DNA from: a virus
Reading direction: 5' to 3' (one strand)
Virus record (IMG/VR): IMGVR_UViG_3300010370_000002
DNA length: 44,137 bases
Shown here: positions 9,447-18,644 of the stretch, in pieces
How the letters are laid out: each line of letters opens with the position of its first letter
Position numbering within the stretch: the stretch's first letter is position 1
Position numbers and translations under genes: made by a program
The notes under the pieces: generated by a model
What the model saw: the letters and a program-made list of their open reading frames with translations, nothing else
What the model was told of the DNA's origin: nothing
Databases searched by the model: none

Positions 9447-10058
9447 TTAGATACCAGCAGTTGCGTTAGCTTCTGTGTGATTGTTAATTTTAACGCGCCA
9501 TTTAGCATGTTGACCAATAGCATTATCAGGGGCGTCGACTAATCTCAAAATTTTCAATTGAAATGTTGAGGTAGTTGCTGGAGTAGAAGTATCCAACTCC
9601 GCACCAGATAAACCAGTGATAGTTGAACCTGATTCAGCATAAACCAAATTAGCATTTAAACCAACAGAAGTTGCAGCTAATGCAGTTCCTGCGGTTTCTT
9701 CTTGAATTTCAAATTCTTGAAGTGGATTATCAGCAACAATAGCTACACGTTCAGTAGATGCTGGATTGTAAGCAGCATTTAAATTAGTTGGGTTAGCTAG
9801 AAAACCAATAATAACACCAGTAATAGCATTATTATCACCAGCAGTTGCTTTATTAATTTCAGGTAAAGAACCTGCATTAAAAGAACGACCCGCAGATGTT
9901 ACATTTACAGTATTAGATGTTCCAGTTTTTACAACTGGATCACCAATAAATAATGCAGTTGCATAGCTAGAAGGAATGTAGTAATAATTTTTAGGAATCT
10001 CTACAAAAGGAGAGTTCTTAACGGGTACTAATCCGTATGGAGTATTTAAATTTGTCAT
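9447..10058 (-). CDS. Head-module structural protein (possible decoration/cement protein)
   Basis: 203 aa, Ala/Thr/Asn/Gly-rich, directly upstream of the capsid gene. Confidence 0.35.
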   Translation of the reverse strand: MTNLNTPYGLVPVKNSPFVEIPKNYYYIPSSYATALFIGDPVVKTGTSNTVNVTSAGRSFNAGSLPEINKATAGDNNAITGVIIGFLANPTNLNAAYNPASTERVAIVADNPLQEFEIQEETAGTALAATSVGLNANLVYAESGSTITGLSGAELDTSTPATTSTFQLKILRLVDAPDNAIGQHAKWRVKINNHTEANATAGI

Positions 10059-10060
10059 AA

Positions 10061-10591
10061 TTATTTAATTAATTTTTTTTGATCTTTTACAACATAAGTC
10101 ATTGAACCTAAACCAAGATCTTTTCCTGAAAGTTTATCAATGTTTTCTTGTTGACGATTATTTATTTTATTTTGATTATCTCTTTGTATTTTTTCATTCA
10201 TTTCCTCAGAAATTTCCATGGCATACCGCATAAACGTTTCGCCCATTTTATTTTGACCACCTCTGATTGGAGCAATTTCTAATCCATTTTCATCAGTAGC
10301 AGGTTTATATCCTAAGTCGATTAAATCTTGTAATCGATTAGGAATATTACCAGAAACCCAACGCCTTATAAAACCTGCCTTTTTGGGTAAGTCTGATAAA
10401 GCACCATGTCTTTTTAGATATGTGCGTGGTTTTCTAATAAATTCTTTTCCATCTGGTAATTTTACAATTTCTACATCACGATTAGTAAGTCTAATTTCTC
10501 TATCATTGTAAGTAGAAACCCTTTCTTGTACGTGTTCTTTTGAATTTTCTCTATTTGAATCAATATTTTTGTTTGTCATAAATTTTCTCAA
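10061..10591 (-). CDS. Head-module protein, function unknown
   Basis: 176-aa ORF between the scaffold and capsid genes. Confidence 0.4.
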   Translation of the reverse strand: MRKFMTNKNIDSNRENSKEHVQERVSTYNDREIRLTNRDVEIVKLPDGKEFIRKPRTYLKRHGALSDLPKKAGFIRRWVSGNIPNRLQDLIDLGYKPATDENGLEIAPIRGGQNKMGETFMRYAMEISEEMNEKIQRDNQNKINNRQQENIDKLSGKDLGLGSMTYVVKDQKKLIK

Positions 10592-10594
10592 TTA

Positions 10595-11599
10595 TTAATT
10601 ATTAAAATAGTCATTAACAGCGTTTAGCTGCATTTGTTTTATTTGCTCAGATGTAAAATTATGCTTTCTTGCAAAATATTGACATGTTTGACGCACGTCT
10701 AAAGGTAAATCATTATAAGTATATTGTTTTTTACCAACATTTATGCCTCTTTTACCACTTTCTACACTCGGAGCTTTAGTATTATTAAATTTATCACTAA
10801 ATCTTAAATGAATTTCTTCAGTAACCATTTCTAATCTTTCATTAAGAGGAATGCGTTCTGATAAAGTGCTAAAATAAGTTTCTGCATATCCCCTCATTGG
10901 TGAATTTTCATAAAACCAAGTATTGTCTGGAATCCAATTATCAAATATTTTTTTATCTTCAGGCTGTATTTGTGATTTTGGTTCTTCTTGGATTTTTTCT
11001 TCAATTTTATTTTCATTAAAAGAAATTTTATTTTTTTCTAATTCATTTCTTTGCTTTTGAATTGCTCTAACCTTAGCAACATCACCCTCTAAAATTGCAG
11101 CCTCTTCTGCTTCGTCTAAAGATTGAAAGCGTTTTTGATTATTTTCTTCATATGCATATTTTTGCACGTTTAATATAACGTCCATTTGTTTTTGCATTTC
11201 CTCTAAGCGTTTCTCTAAAGCTGTTTTTTCGGCAGTTAGTTTTCTATTTCTTTCATTTAAAACAGGAGTTTCTTTTTCCTGAATTTCTAAAAATTCTTCT
11301 GCTGTTTTATGAGGTTTTGGCGTTCCATCTTTATACCTGCCTTTAAAAAATTTGCCAGTTCTCCAGCCACGATCCCAAGCTTCTTTTTCTGTATCAGTTA
11401 AAGTTTCATAAAACGCTTTTTCTTCGCTTTTTGGTGATTTTTCAACTAAAACATTTTCTTTTTCAAGCTCCTCTTCTTCCATTTCTTCCAAAATTGGATT
11501 AGGAGGTAATTTTTTATTTTGTTCAACTTTTGGTTCTTGCTCTTGTGCATTTAAACCAATATCAATATCTATTTCCTCAGAACGATCAATTATTTGCAT
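10595..11599 (-). CDS. Scaffolding protein (putative)
   Basis: 334 aa, highly charged E/K-rich with coiled-coil character, between portal and capsid. Confidence 0.5.
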   Translation of the reverse strand: MQIIDRSEEIDIDIGLNAQEQEPKVEQNKKLPPNPILEEMEEEELEKENVLVEKSPKSEEKAFYETLTDTEKEAWDRGWRTGKFFKGRYKDGTPKPHKTAEEFLEIQEKETPVLNERNRKLTAEKTALEKRLEEMQKQMDVILNVQKYAYEENNQKRFQSLDEAEEAAILEGDVAKVRAIQKQRNELEKNKISFNENKIEEKIQEEPKSQIQPEDKKIFDNWIPDNTWFYENSPMRGYAETYFSTLSERIPLNERLEMVTEEIHLRFSDKFNNTKAPSVESGKRGINVGKKQYTYNDLPLDVRQTCQYFARKHNFTSEQIKQMQLNAVNDYFNN

Positions 11600-11934
11600 G
11601 TTTCCTCATTAATTTGAATTGCTAAAATACTGCGATCAAGAATAATTCTATATTCTTTACCATCTTTGGTTTGATCTTTGCTTAATCTATAACCTTCGTA
11701 AGATGGAATTAAAATTTTATCACCAACTTTAGGTTTTTTCTTCCATTCTCTGTCAGTTCCTTGATCAAAAGCTTTTTCGCCAATATCAATAATTGTTGCT
11801 AGGGTTTTAGCTCCTTGTAAATCATCTTTGGCAGATTCAGGTATAATTATTCCACCAGCAGTCTTTTCTTCAACCACATCAGGCAAAATTAAAATTCTAT
11901 ATTCAGGAACACTGTAACCAGAAGTATTAATCAT
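11590..11934 (-). CDS. groES: GroES/Cpn10-like co-chaperonin
   Basis: 114 aa. RILILPDVVEEKTAGGIIIPESAKDDLQ...KVGDKILIPSYEGY...EYRIILDRSILAIQ aligns by eye with E. coli GroES [26 protein letters not shown]...KVGDIVIFNDGYGV...EVLIMSESDILAIVE. Confidence 0.75.
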   Translation of the reverse strand: MINTSGYSVPEYRILILPDVVEEKTAGGIIIPESAKDDLQGAKTLATIIDIGEKAFDQGTDREWKKKPKVGDKILIPSYEGYRLSKDQTKDGKEYRIILDRSILAIQINEETCK

Positions 11935-12196
11935 TCAAACCTCCTGCAAAACTCTTTAAAATTTTTTCTAAATCGTTAGGTTCTTGTGAATTTAATAAAT
12001 TGGCAATGTGATCAATAGCTTCACATCCACCAAAAACACTTAAAGCAATATCGTTTTGAAATTTTTCGTGTTTTATGTAATTGTGTGCGACACCATTTAA
12101 TAATTCAATGCGTCTTTGTAATAAAAAATTTTTAAATTGAATAGTTACTGGATTTTGAATCCAATCTTTTAACTCTTGCATTTGTATTTGACTCAT
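11927..12196 (-). CDS. Hypothetical protein
   Basis: 89-aa ORF between portal and the GroES-like gene, with overlapping boundaries. Confidence 0.5.
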   Translation of the reverse strand: MSQIQMQELKDWIQNPVTIQFKNFLLQRRIELLNGVAHNYIKHEKFQNDIALSVFGGCEAIDHIANLLNSQEPNDLEKILKSFAGGLND

Positions 12197-12199
12197 AAT

Positions 12200-14368
12200 T
12201 TACTCATTTTGATTAATATTATTATCAATAGCTTCAGGTTTAATTTCCTTAACTTGTTGATTCTCTAGCTTTGCTAGCTCTACTGCCGCTTTAAATTTTC
12301 TATCTTCTTTGCGGTCGTCCATTTCTTTTTGTTTTGTTTCGGCATCAATCATATTATCCAAAACATCAAGTTTTTCTTTAGTTTCAGCAATTTCAGTGTC
12401 TTTAACTAATTTACCTGCTTGTGCATAATTGACTAATACTTCGGAATCAGTTTTTGCCGATTCTTTTTGTAGTTTTATTTGCTCTAGTTCTAATTCAGCA
12501 GATTTGATTTGAACATTAGCTTGAATTTGCATGCGTTTAGTTTCTTCCTGTGCCATTGTTAATTGAACGGCAGGATCAGGTTGTGGTTGTGGTTGAATTA
12601 TAAATTTATCAAAATTTTCAATACCAGCTATTTCAAAAACTGTTTTATGCAACAACATTTGGTCAACATAAGGTGAATTAATAAAAGTCATCAAAAATTG
12701 CGCTTTTGCAAACTTTTGCATTGAGATCACATTTTCAGGATCTACAACTGGGACAATATCATAACCTTTTAAATCAAAATCTTCTTTAACATTTGGCGAT
12801 TCGTTCAATTTAATATCTAAAATTTCCGCATATTTCTTTTGAGACAAGTAAGTTGAATTTATTTCGTAGAATATTTTAACTTCTTGTTTTAACGAATTGT
12901 AAATTCTTTTAAATACACTCTTAAATTGTTTTTGCCCTTGTTCTGCCATGCCCATGTATGTAGTAGCGGCAATATTTCCAGCATTTTCACCAGTCAATAC
13001 ATCTCTTAAAGAAGCTAATTCTTTACCAGCATTGACCAAAAATTGCATTAAAACAAATAGGGTTTGCGATGGTTCAGCGTGTGGCAATGGAACGATAGCA
13101 TCACGAATATTTCCGCCGTAAGAATCAACCATTTTCCATTCAGACAATTTAAATGGCTTCATTCCACCAGAAATATTTAATGTTTTAGCAATAAATCCGC
13201 CACCTGTATTTTGTAAAGTTCCAGCATCATTAAGTTGATTAATATTTGAATTAATTGCGGAATTTATGTTATATAATAAATGTCCTAGTCCGATAGAGTA
13301 AAAAGATCCATCTGGTGAAGGAATAAAATTATATGCGGTAAAAAATTTTATTGGTTTAATTTTGATTATTTCTTGTTTTTTATTATACTTAACATCTTTT
13401 TCATTAAACCTTTTTACTAACTTTACTAATTTGTTTGTGGCTTTATGCACCACTGCAATATATGGTTCTGGGTATCCATCATTATCTAAATCAAAATAAT
13501 TATGTTGCTCTAAAAAAATAACCAAACCCGCTGATGCTTCATCACTTGTTTGTTTTTCATCGTTAGCATCAAGAGAATTATCAAAAGAGGCACTATCTTG
13601 GGCTTTTGGGTCGAAATCAAAATCAATGTAATCACCATTACGAATTGATGAAACAACATCTTGCGGATATTTTTCAATAATATGCGTAACTGGTGCATCA
13701 AAAGATGGGGCAAAATCGTTAATTATTAATTTATCGGGGTAAATTAAATCTGACTTTATGCATTGGTCATTATTGTCATAATAATTCTTTTTAAACATTA
13801 TCCCAAGCGTTGCTAAGCCCATAAACAATGCGTCCATGTCTTTTTCGTAATTCTCTATCTCTTCATTTAATTGATAGTTCATTACTGTTGCAACTCTTTG
13901 ACCTCTTTTAAGTTTAGCACCTACATTTTGAATTGCTGGTAAACCTGTTTCATCTAAAATAGCAATTGATCCATCTTCATTTCTCATTTCATTACCTTCG
14001 AGATCCTTCATCACTTCGCCATCATCATTGCCAATAACCTTGGCTTTTACAATATTACCATCTTTAAAAATTTCAGTATAACATTTTGCGGAAAATTCCA
14101 CGCAAGCTGTGGAAATTAAAGGAAACATTATGTTTGATGAGCCTTCAAAAGGAAATGAGCGTTTATCTCGAATAGCTAAAGTACACTTAACTAACTCTTG
14201 TAATACCTTTTGTTTTTCGCTTCTAGATTGCAAATCAGTGTTGTATCTTGTTAAGACTGTACTAGCAATAAGTGCCTTTGTTTGTTCCGACAATATGCTT
14301 GCTAGATTGTCAGTTGACAAAATAGTTTGAAAGTCAAGTTTGTCTCTTAAATCTTCTTGAATTAACAA
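12200..14368 (-). CDS. Portal protein (P22-size, with C-terminal coiled-coil barrel)
   Basis: 722 aa, immediately after the large terminase. Acidic FDLDNDGYPEPYIAV motif. Long E/K/Q-rich helical C-terminus. The start is the TTG chosen by the ORF track and is uncertain. Confidence 0.75.
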   Translation of the reverse strand: MLIQEDLRDKLDFQTILSTDNLASILSEQTKALIASTVLTRYNTDLQSRSEKQKVLQELVKCTLAIRDKRSFPFEGSSNIMFPLISTACVEFSAKCYTEIFKDGNIVKAKVIGNDDGEVMKDLEGNEMRNEDGSIAILDETGLPAIQNVGAKLKRGQRVATVMNYQLNEEIENYEKDMDALFMGLATLGIMFKKNYYDNNDQCIKSDLIYPDKLIINDFAPSFDAPVTHIIEKYPQDVVSSIRNGDYIDFDFDPKAQDSASFDNSLDANDEKQTSDEASAGLVIFLEQHNYFDLDNDGYPEPYIAVVHKATNKLVKLVKRFNEKDVKYNKKQEIIKIKPIKFFTAYNFIPSPDGSFYSIGLGHLLYNINSAINSNINQLNDAGTLQNTGGGFIAKTLNISGGMKPFKLSEWKMVDSYGGNIRDAIVPLPHAEPSQTLFVLMQFLVNAGKELASLRDVLTGENAGNIAATTYMGMAEQGQKQFKSVFKRIYNSLKQEVKIFYEINSTYLSQKKYAEILDIKLNESPNVKEDFDLKGYDIVPVVDPENVISMQKFAKAQFLMTFINSPYVDQMLLHKTVFEIAGIENFDKFIIQPQPQPDPAVQLTMAQEETKRMQIQANVQIKSAELELEQIKLQKESAKTDSEVLVNYAQAGKLVKDTEIAETKEKLDVLDNMIDAETKQKEMDDRKEDRKFKAAVELAKLENQQVKEIKPEAIDNNINQNE

Positions 14369-14450
14369 TTTTTATGTTTGTTTAATTGTTTCATCATTTA
14401 CTCATAATTTTGTTATAATTAACTATATTAAATTATTTGTCAATCATTTT

Positions 14451-15983
14451 TTAATATCCTGTAATTGAATTTCTATTTGAAGCGTTCATAAACTCATCAT
14501 AAGCCCATTCATCAACAAAACCATTCATATTCTGCGCTTCTTGTTCAAGCCTACCTTTTGATGCAACCATTGTCCTAAAGGCATCTGCACAATGATTTTC
14601 TACTCCCTTAGCTGGAGTATCTCCAAATGCTCCAATGCTTTCTATAAATTTCTTTTTATATCCTCGAAGTCTTGTTAATCCTAGTTCACATTTTTTTGCA
14701 TCAAACCAACAACGAGGAAAAAACATTCTGACATTGTTAATATCTCCGATTAAATCGTTTGTACGCTCAATTCTAGTGAATTTAAACCCAAATTCTTTTG
14801 CTGTGTTTAAGCCGTTCTGACCATCATGATATGCTCTTTTAGTTATGTCGTGCGGTAAGAAATGATTGCCGTAATTGTAGTTCTTTTCTTTTAACATTTT
14901 TAAATAAAAAGGTAGCGGTTCATCAGTCCATTCGTAGTAATCTACCAGCATGTAATCAAAGCCCTTTTTCTGAAAGAACCAGATCGCTGTGAAATCATCA
15001 AGCCCAATATCCCAAGCAGTATGAACAGGCAAAGAACCGTCAATGCTTACTCTCCCAATTTTTCCATCTTTTTCCGCCTTGATTAATTCTTTCGACCAGT
15101 AAGCCCCAATAATAGCTTTTTCAAAAGCTTCCTTGCTATTGCTCGGGAACTCTTGCTTCATCAACTCGCCTTGCGTCTCTTCCTTCTTGCAGTACCAAGC
15201 TTGTTGTTGTCTTGTCAGCTTAATTCCTTCAACCTCAAGCTCTGCGAAGTAATCAGCCTGCTTAGTTGAGAAGTTATAATCAGCGTCCATTTGGTATTTC
15301 TTATCTTTCCACCAGCCAAAGAAATGAAATTTCCAGTCAAGAAGCGTTAGCTCCTCTTTCATTCTTTGCTTGCGTTCAGCCACTTGGCATAAATTAAAGA
15401 AGTGACCACTTGCCCCTTGTGCTGTTGACTCGATTACTATTTGTTGGCCTTGGTGTACTGTGTTTAAGCTTCCGCTCATTATCTCTTCAGCTTTCTCGGG
15501 TGACTTCCTGCATATCTTGCCAAACTCTGTGATGTGTAAGCGTTGAACTGTTCCAGACCTTGCCGAAGTAGTAACCGAATAGCTCGAACCATTGCTAAAC
15601 CTCATTATCTCCGTTGAGTCAGTAAGTAGCTTTCTATGTTCTTTAATTTCTGGCGGCAATCTATCGTAAGCATATCTTACTTTGTCTCTAAGCAACTTCT
15701 TAGCATCTTCTAAGTCATCGCCGATTAATACGGCTGTGATGTTTGAGTTAAATAAGCAGTCATCTAAATAATTGATGCAGTAATAAGTAGTAATTCCAAG
15801 CTGGCGAGCTTTTAAGATGATATTAAGCGGGTGGGTCTCTTCTATTAGCTCGCTTTGTGCTTCGTTGCAAATAAATTTAAACTCTTTCCCGTTCTCATCT
15901 TTACAATAATACAAATTAGACATACGCCAAGCTTTATTCCTCAAAAGCTCGGCTAATTTTCTTTTTTTTTCTTCGTTAATCAC
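14451..15983 (-). CDS. terL: Terminase large subunit
   Basis: 510 aa. N-terminal ATPase region (ILKARQLGITTY P-loop-like) and C-terminal nuclease-like region (HTAWDIGLDDFTAIWFFQ). Sits between terS and portal. GTG start. Confidence 0.85.
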   Translation of the reverse strand: MINEEKKRKLAELLRNKAWRMSNLYYCKDENGKEFKFICNEAQSELIEETHPLNIILKARQLGITTYYCINYLDDCLFNSNITAVLIGDDLEDAKKLLRDKVRYAYDRLPPEIKEHRKLLTDSTEIMRFSNGSSYSVTTSARSGTVQRLHITEFGKICRKSPEKAEEIMSGSLNTVHQGQQIVIESTAQGASGHFFNLCQVAERKQRMKEELTLLDWKFHFFGWWKDKKYQMDADYNFSTKQADYFAELEVEGIKLTRQQQAWYCKKEETQGELMKQEFPSNSKEAFEKAIIGAYWSKELIKAEKDGKIGRVSIDGSLPVHTAWDIGLDDFTAIWFFQKKGFDYMLVDYYEWTDEPLPFYLKMLKEKNYNYGNHFLPHDITKRAYHDGQNGLNTAKEFGFKFTRIERTNDLIGDINNVRMFFPRCWFDAKKCELGLTRLRGYKKKFIESIGAFGDTPAKGVENHCADAFRTMVASKGRLEQEAQNMNGFVDEWAYDEFMNASNRNSITGY

Positions 15984-16109
15984 AAACAGTAATATATTGA
16001 CAATTTTGACTGATATTTTGACACACGTAAACCATTTTGCAAGTTGCTTGTGCGTTAGCTTCCGGCGCTTCCGGCGCTAAAAAAAAGATTAAAAAAAGTA
16101 ATATTTCTT

Positions 16110-16544
16110 TCATTTATTATTGTCAATTTCGCTTAATACTTCACCAAGCCAAGTGCTTGCAGTGCTTGTGTCTTTTACTTCGGCTTGAACTTTTGTAAAA
16201 TCACCAAATTTTTTAGGTTTTAGTTTTGAAGCAATCCATTTTCTGGAGTCAACTCTTAAGCGTGCTTGATTCACTGCCCCCGCGTCTATCTTGCCGAACG
16301 CGTCCATGGGCATTTCAGCATCGCATATTTCAGTTATTTCATCAGCAAATAGCTCCGCTTGCTCTTCTTTTGCGCGTGCGTATTGCTTGCTTAGCTCTTC
16401 ATTATTATTCAACCACTTCCAGACGCTCGTAAGATTCGGCATCTTCTCATCTTTGCATATTTTTCTTAATGATTCACCATTTGCGATTTTTTCGCATATT
16501 TCATCAAATAATTCTTGTGAAAATTTTACGCTGTTTTTTCTCAT
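16110..16544 (-). CDS. terS: Terminase small subunit (HTH type)
   Basis: 144 aa. N-terminal FSQELFDEICEKIANGESLRKICKDEKMPNLTSVWKWL...YARAKEEQAELFADEI is typical of HTH small terminases. First gene of the late arm. Confidence 0.65.
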   Translation of the reverse strand: MRKNSVKFSQELFDEICEKIANGESLRKICKDEKMPNLTSVWKWLNNNEELSKQYARAKEEQAELFADEITEICDAEMPMDAFGKIDAGAVNQARLRVDSRKWIASKLKPKKFGDFTKVQAEVKDTSTASTWLGEVLSEIDNNK

Positions 16545-16585
16545 TTTATTTGTATTTTGTTATTTTTACAATTTTTATCAAATTA

Positions 16586-16651
16586 ATTATGTAAACTTAT
16601 TTTGTCAATAGATTTCTTGTAAAAGATTATGTAAACTTAATTTTTGTTAAT
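16586..16651. repeat. Two direct copies of ATTATGTAAACTTA(N)TTTTGT(C/T)AAT, 40 bp apart, in the divergent control region
   Basis: Read directly at 16586-16609 and 16626-16651; the 14-bp core is identical. Confidence 0.7.
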
Positions 16652-17126
16652 GCTTACAATATCATTTTTTACTAATAAAAAAAAAGAAGCAAAAAAAAAT
16701 TAGGATGTGTGAGATGAAGAAAGAGCTTTTTATTTTTTCTTTTGTTTAACTAAACTATTTTTTGTTTAGTTTATTTATTTTGTTTTTGTTTTTTTGTATC
16801 TTACCATACTTTTTTCCTTTGTCAACTTATTTTTTTATCCTACTCTCTCTTGACTCCACAAGCATTTATATCAATTTGAGTCAATATTTTCAACACTTCA
16901 TTTTTTTTATTATTTATCTTGACACATTTTTTTATCATTTTCTTAACTTCTAATAGTTTTTATTAACTTTTAATTTTATCAATTTCACTTTCATTTTTTA
17001 ATCAATTTTATTTTAAAATATTTTTTTATTTTTTTTTCTTTTAATACCCGCCCCCCCCTGCCGAGACCTTGGGACTGTAGGCTTGTCTCAATTTGATTAT
17101 TGATTTAAATTATTTAATTTTATTGC

Positions 17127-17155
17127 TTGACTTATTGAATTAGCTTGTTTATGAT
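17127..17155 (+). promoter_or_regulatory. Sigma70-type early promoter: TTGACT - 17 bp - TATGAT
   Basis: TTGACT at 17127-17132 and TATGAT at 17150-17155, about 60 bp upstream of the first plus-strand ORF. Confidence 0.6.
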
Positions 17156-17197
17156 GCTTATTACAAATTAAATAAATCATTTAATTTAAATTTAATA

Positions 17198-17207
17198 TTA
17201 ACTTAAC
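17198..17207 (+). promoter_or_regulatory. Epsilon-like leader motif TTAACTTAAC, 10 nt upstream of the ATG at 17218 (one of at least 10 such leaders)
   Basis: Resembles the T7 gene 10 leader TTTAACTTTAAG; no GGAGG nearby. Confidence 0.5.
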
Positions 17208-17217
17208 TAAAAAAACT

Positions 17218-17526
17218 ATGACAAAACAAGAGCTAAGACTCATGGATCCACTCTATTATTATTATATTTTAGAAAATAATAATTGTACAAATAAATTCTA
17301 CTACAAAATTAACGCCCGCAATAGTTTTTTGAACAAACAAGATTTTAAAAACTTTATTAATTTTTTAAAAACTCAAAAAAAATTAGAGTGGAAATTAAAA
17401 AAGGAATGGTGCATATCCCCGGCAAATAAAAGGATTTTATGGATTGAATTTCAAGGCCTTTATGCTAATTTTTGGAATACTGGCAAAGGGTTAAAAGATT
17501 ACCGCAATTTATTTATAAACAATTAA
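17218..17526 (+). CDS. Hypothetical early protein
   Basis: 102-aa ORF preceded by the TTAACTTAAC leader. Confidence 0.55.
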   Translation: MTKQELRLMDPLYYYYILENNNCTNKFYYKINARNSFLNKQDFKNFINFLKTQKKLEWKLKKEWCISPANKRILWIEFQGLYANFWNTGKGLKDYRNLFINN

Positions 17527-17548
17527 TATTAACTTTAAAAAAAAATAT

Positions 17549-17836
17549 ATGAAAAATCTAGAAAAATATAAACAAGAATTATCTAAGCCTCATCAATCAT
17601 TCGAACCGCTAAAAAAATTAATCCAATCAAATTTAAGCGACATTGAAGTTGATCGCAATAATTCATCTGGATACCCTACCCATCCAGATTGGGACATTAT
17701 AATTAATAATAATAATGGCTTCATGGAATGGGGTAGCTACTTCCCGCAAGTAAGTATAACACACAAGCTTACTGGTCGCCGTGGTACTTGCACCATCTTC
17801 TTTGATAAATTGGCTTGCATTAACTATTACAATTAA
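17549..17836 (+). CDS. Hypothetical early protein
   Basis: 95-aa ORF preceded by a TTAACTTTAA leader. Confidence 0.55.
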   Translation: MKNLEKYKQELSKPHQSFEPLKKLIQSNLSDIEVDRNNSSGYPTHPDWDIIINNNNGFMEWGSYFPQVSITHKLTGRRGTCTIFFDKLACINYYN

Positions 17837-17870
17837 AATAAAAATTAATATTAACTTAACTAAAAAACAT

Positions 17871-18263
17871 ATGAAAAACGAACTTGATTTAAACGAAAAA
17901 AACGAATTAAAAGCAAACTTAAAAAAGAACTCAGCTTACAGCAATCTTTTAGCTTTGGCAAATAATGCTCGTTCACTCAAAGCAATGGATACCGACAAAA
18001 TCATCCCGAGACCTTTAAATTACTACATAAAACAAATCCACGGCTTAAGCGACGCTGAAGAGCTGGCCACTTACAAGGGCTGGTTGTCGAAGGGTTATGT
18101 CGTAAAAAAAGGTGAAAAGGGTTATTTATTCTTTTCTAGTCCGAAAATTATAAAAATAAAAATGGTTGATAATAATTGCCAGCCTGCCGGCGAGGAACTC
18201 GATAAAAGATTTTGCACGTGCTATTTATTCGCGAAATCACAAGTTGAGGAGTTAAAAAAATAA
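17871..18263 (+). CDS. Hypothetical early protein with ArdC N-terminal-like (ssDNA-binding, DUF1738-like) motif
   Basis: The ORF track starts at 17781. I prefer the ATG at 17871, which follows the TTAACTTAAC leader (17851-17860). ATYKGWLSKGYVVKKGEKGYLFF resembles the ArdC N-domain core. Confidence 0.35.
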   Translation: MKNELDLNEKNELKANLKKNSAYSNLLALANNARSLKAMDTDKIIPRPLNYYIKQIHGLSDAEELATYKGWLSKGYVVKKGEKGYLFFSSPKIIKIKMVDNNCQPAGEELDKRFCTCYLFAKSQVEELKK

Positions 18264-18315
18264 CTAAACAAACACCACGCCAAACCCGATTTTATTAACT
18301 TAAACAAAAAAATAT

Positions 18316-18558
18316 ATGAATATCAAATATAAAATAAATTGGTGCTTTAATACCGCTAAGGAAGCCGATAAAGCAATTGAAGCTTTGGGGGCTAAATCAC
18401 TTGACTATATTAGTTTTTATGACGATAGCAATAAATTAATTGAAACATATTCATCTATGCACACCCTACCTAATGGAGTCGCAGACTCTAGGACTAAAAT
18501 AGAAATTGCAAATCAATTTAAAAACGGCGCAAGTGTTTGTATTTTTGTCAGGACTTAA
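18316..18558 (+). CDS. Hypothetical early protein
   Basis: 80-aa ORF with a TTAACTTAAA leader. Confidence 0.5.
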   Translation: MNIKYKINWCFNTAKEADKAIEALGAKSLDYISFYDDSNKLIETYSSMHTLPNGVADSRTKIEIANQFKNGASVCIFVRT

Positions 18559-18644
18559 ATAATGAAACAAATAGAATTTAACTCGCACAAGCTTCAAGCG
18601 GTAATCGCTGATGTTTGGAATATTAACCATTAATTTAAAATATT

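Noticed and set aside
12200-14420. Possible frameshift or alternative start at the portal 5' end (short ORF MMKQLNKHKNC overlapping the TTG start)
   Set aside because: There is no slippery heptamer or downstream structure. It is most simply a TTG-initiated portal gene or an imprecise start, and I cannot resolve this from sequence alone.
16762-16953. 63-aa ORF (MFSLFILFLFFCILPYFF...) and 16291..16611 in or near the divergent intergenic region
   Set aside because: These are Phe/Leu/Ile-only translations of T-rich DNA with non-ATG or unsupported starts. 16291..16611 is antisense to terS.
17781-17870. Upstream extensions of several track ORFs: 17781, 20436, 21697, 23232, 26785, 29713, 35394, 35837
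   Set aside because: Internal ATGs that sit right after an SD or the TTAACTTAAC leader, or that produce clean signal peptides, are better starts. The extensions overlap upstream genes or structured RNA.
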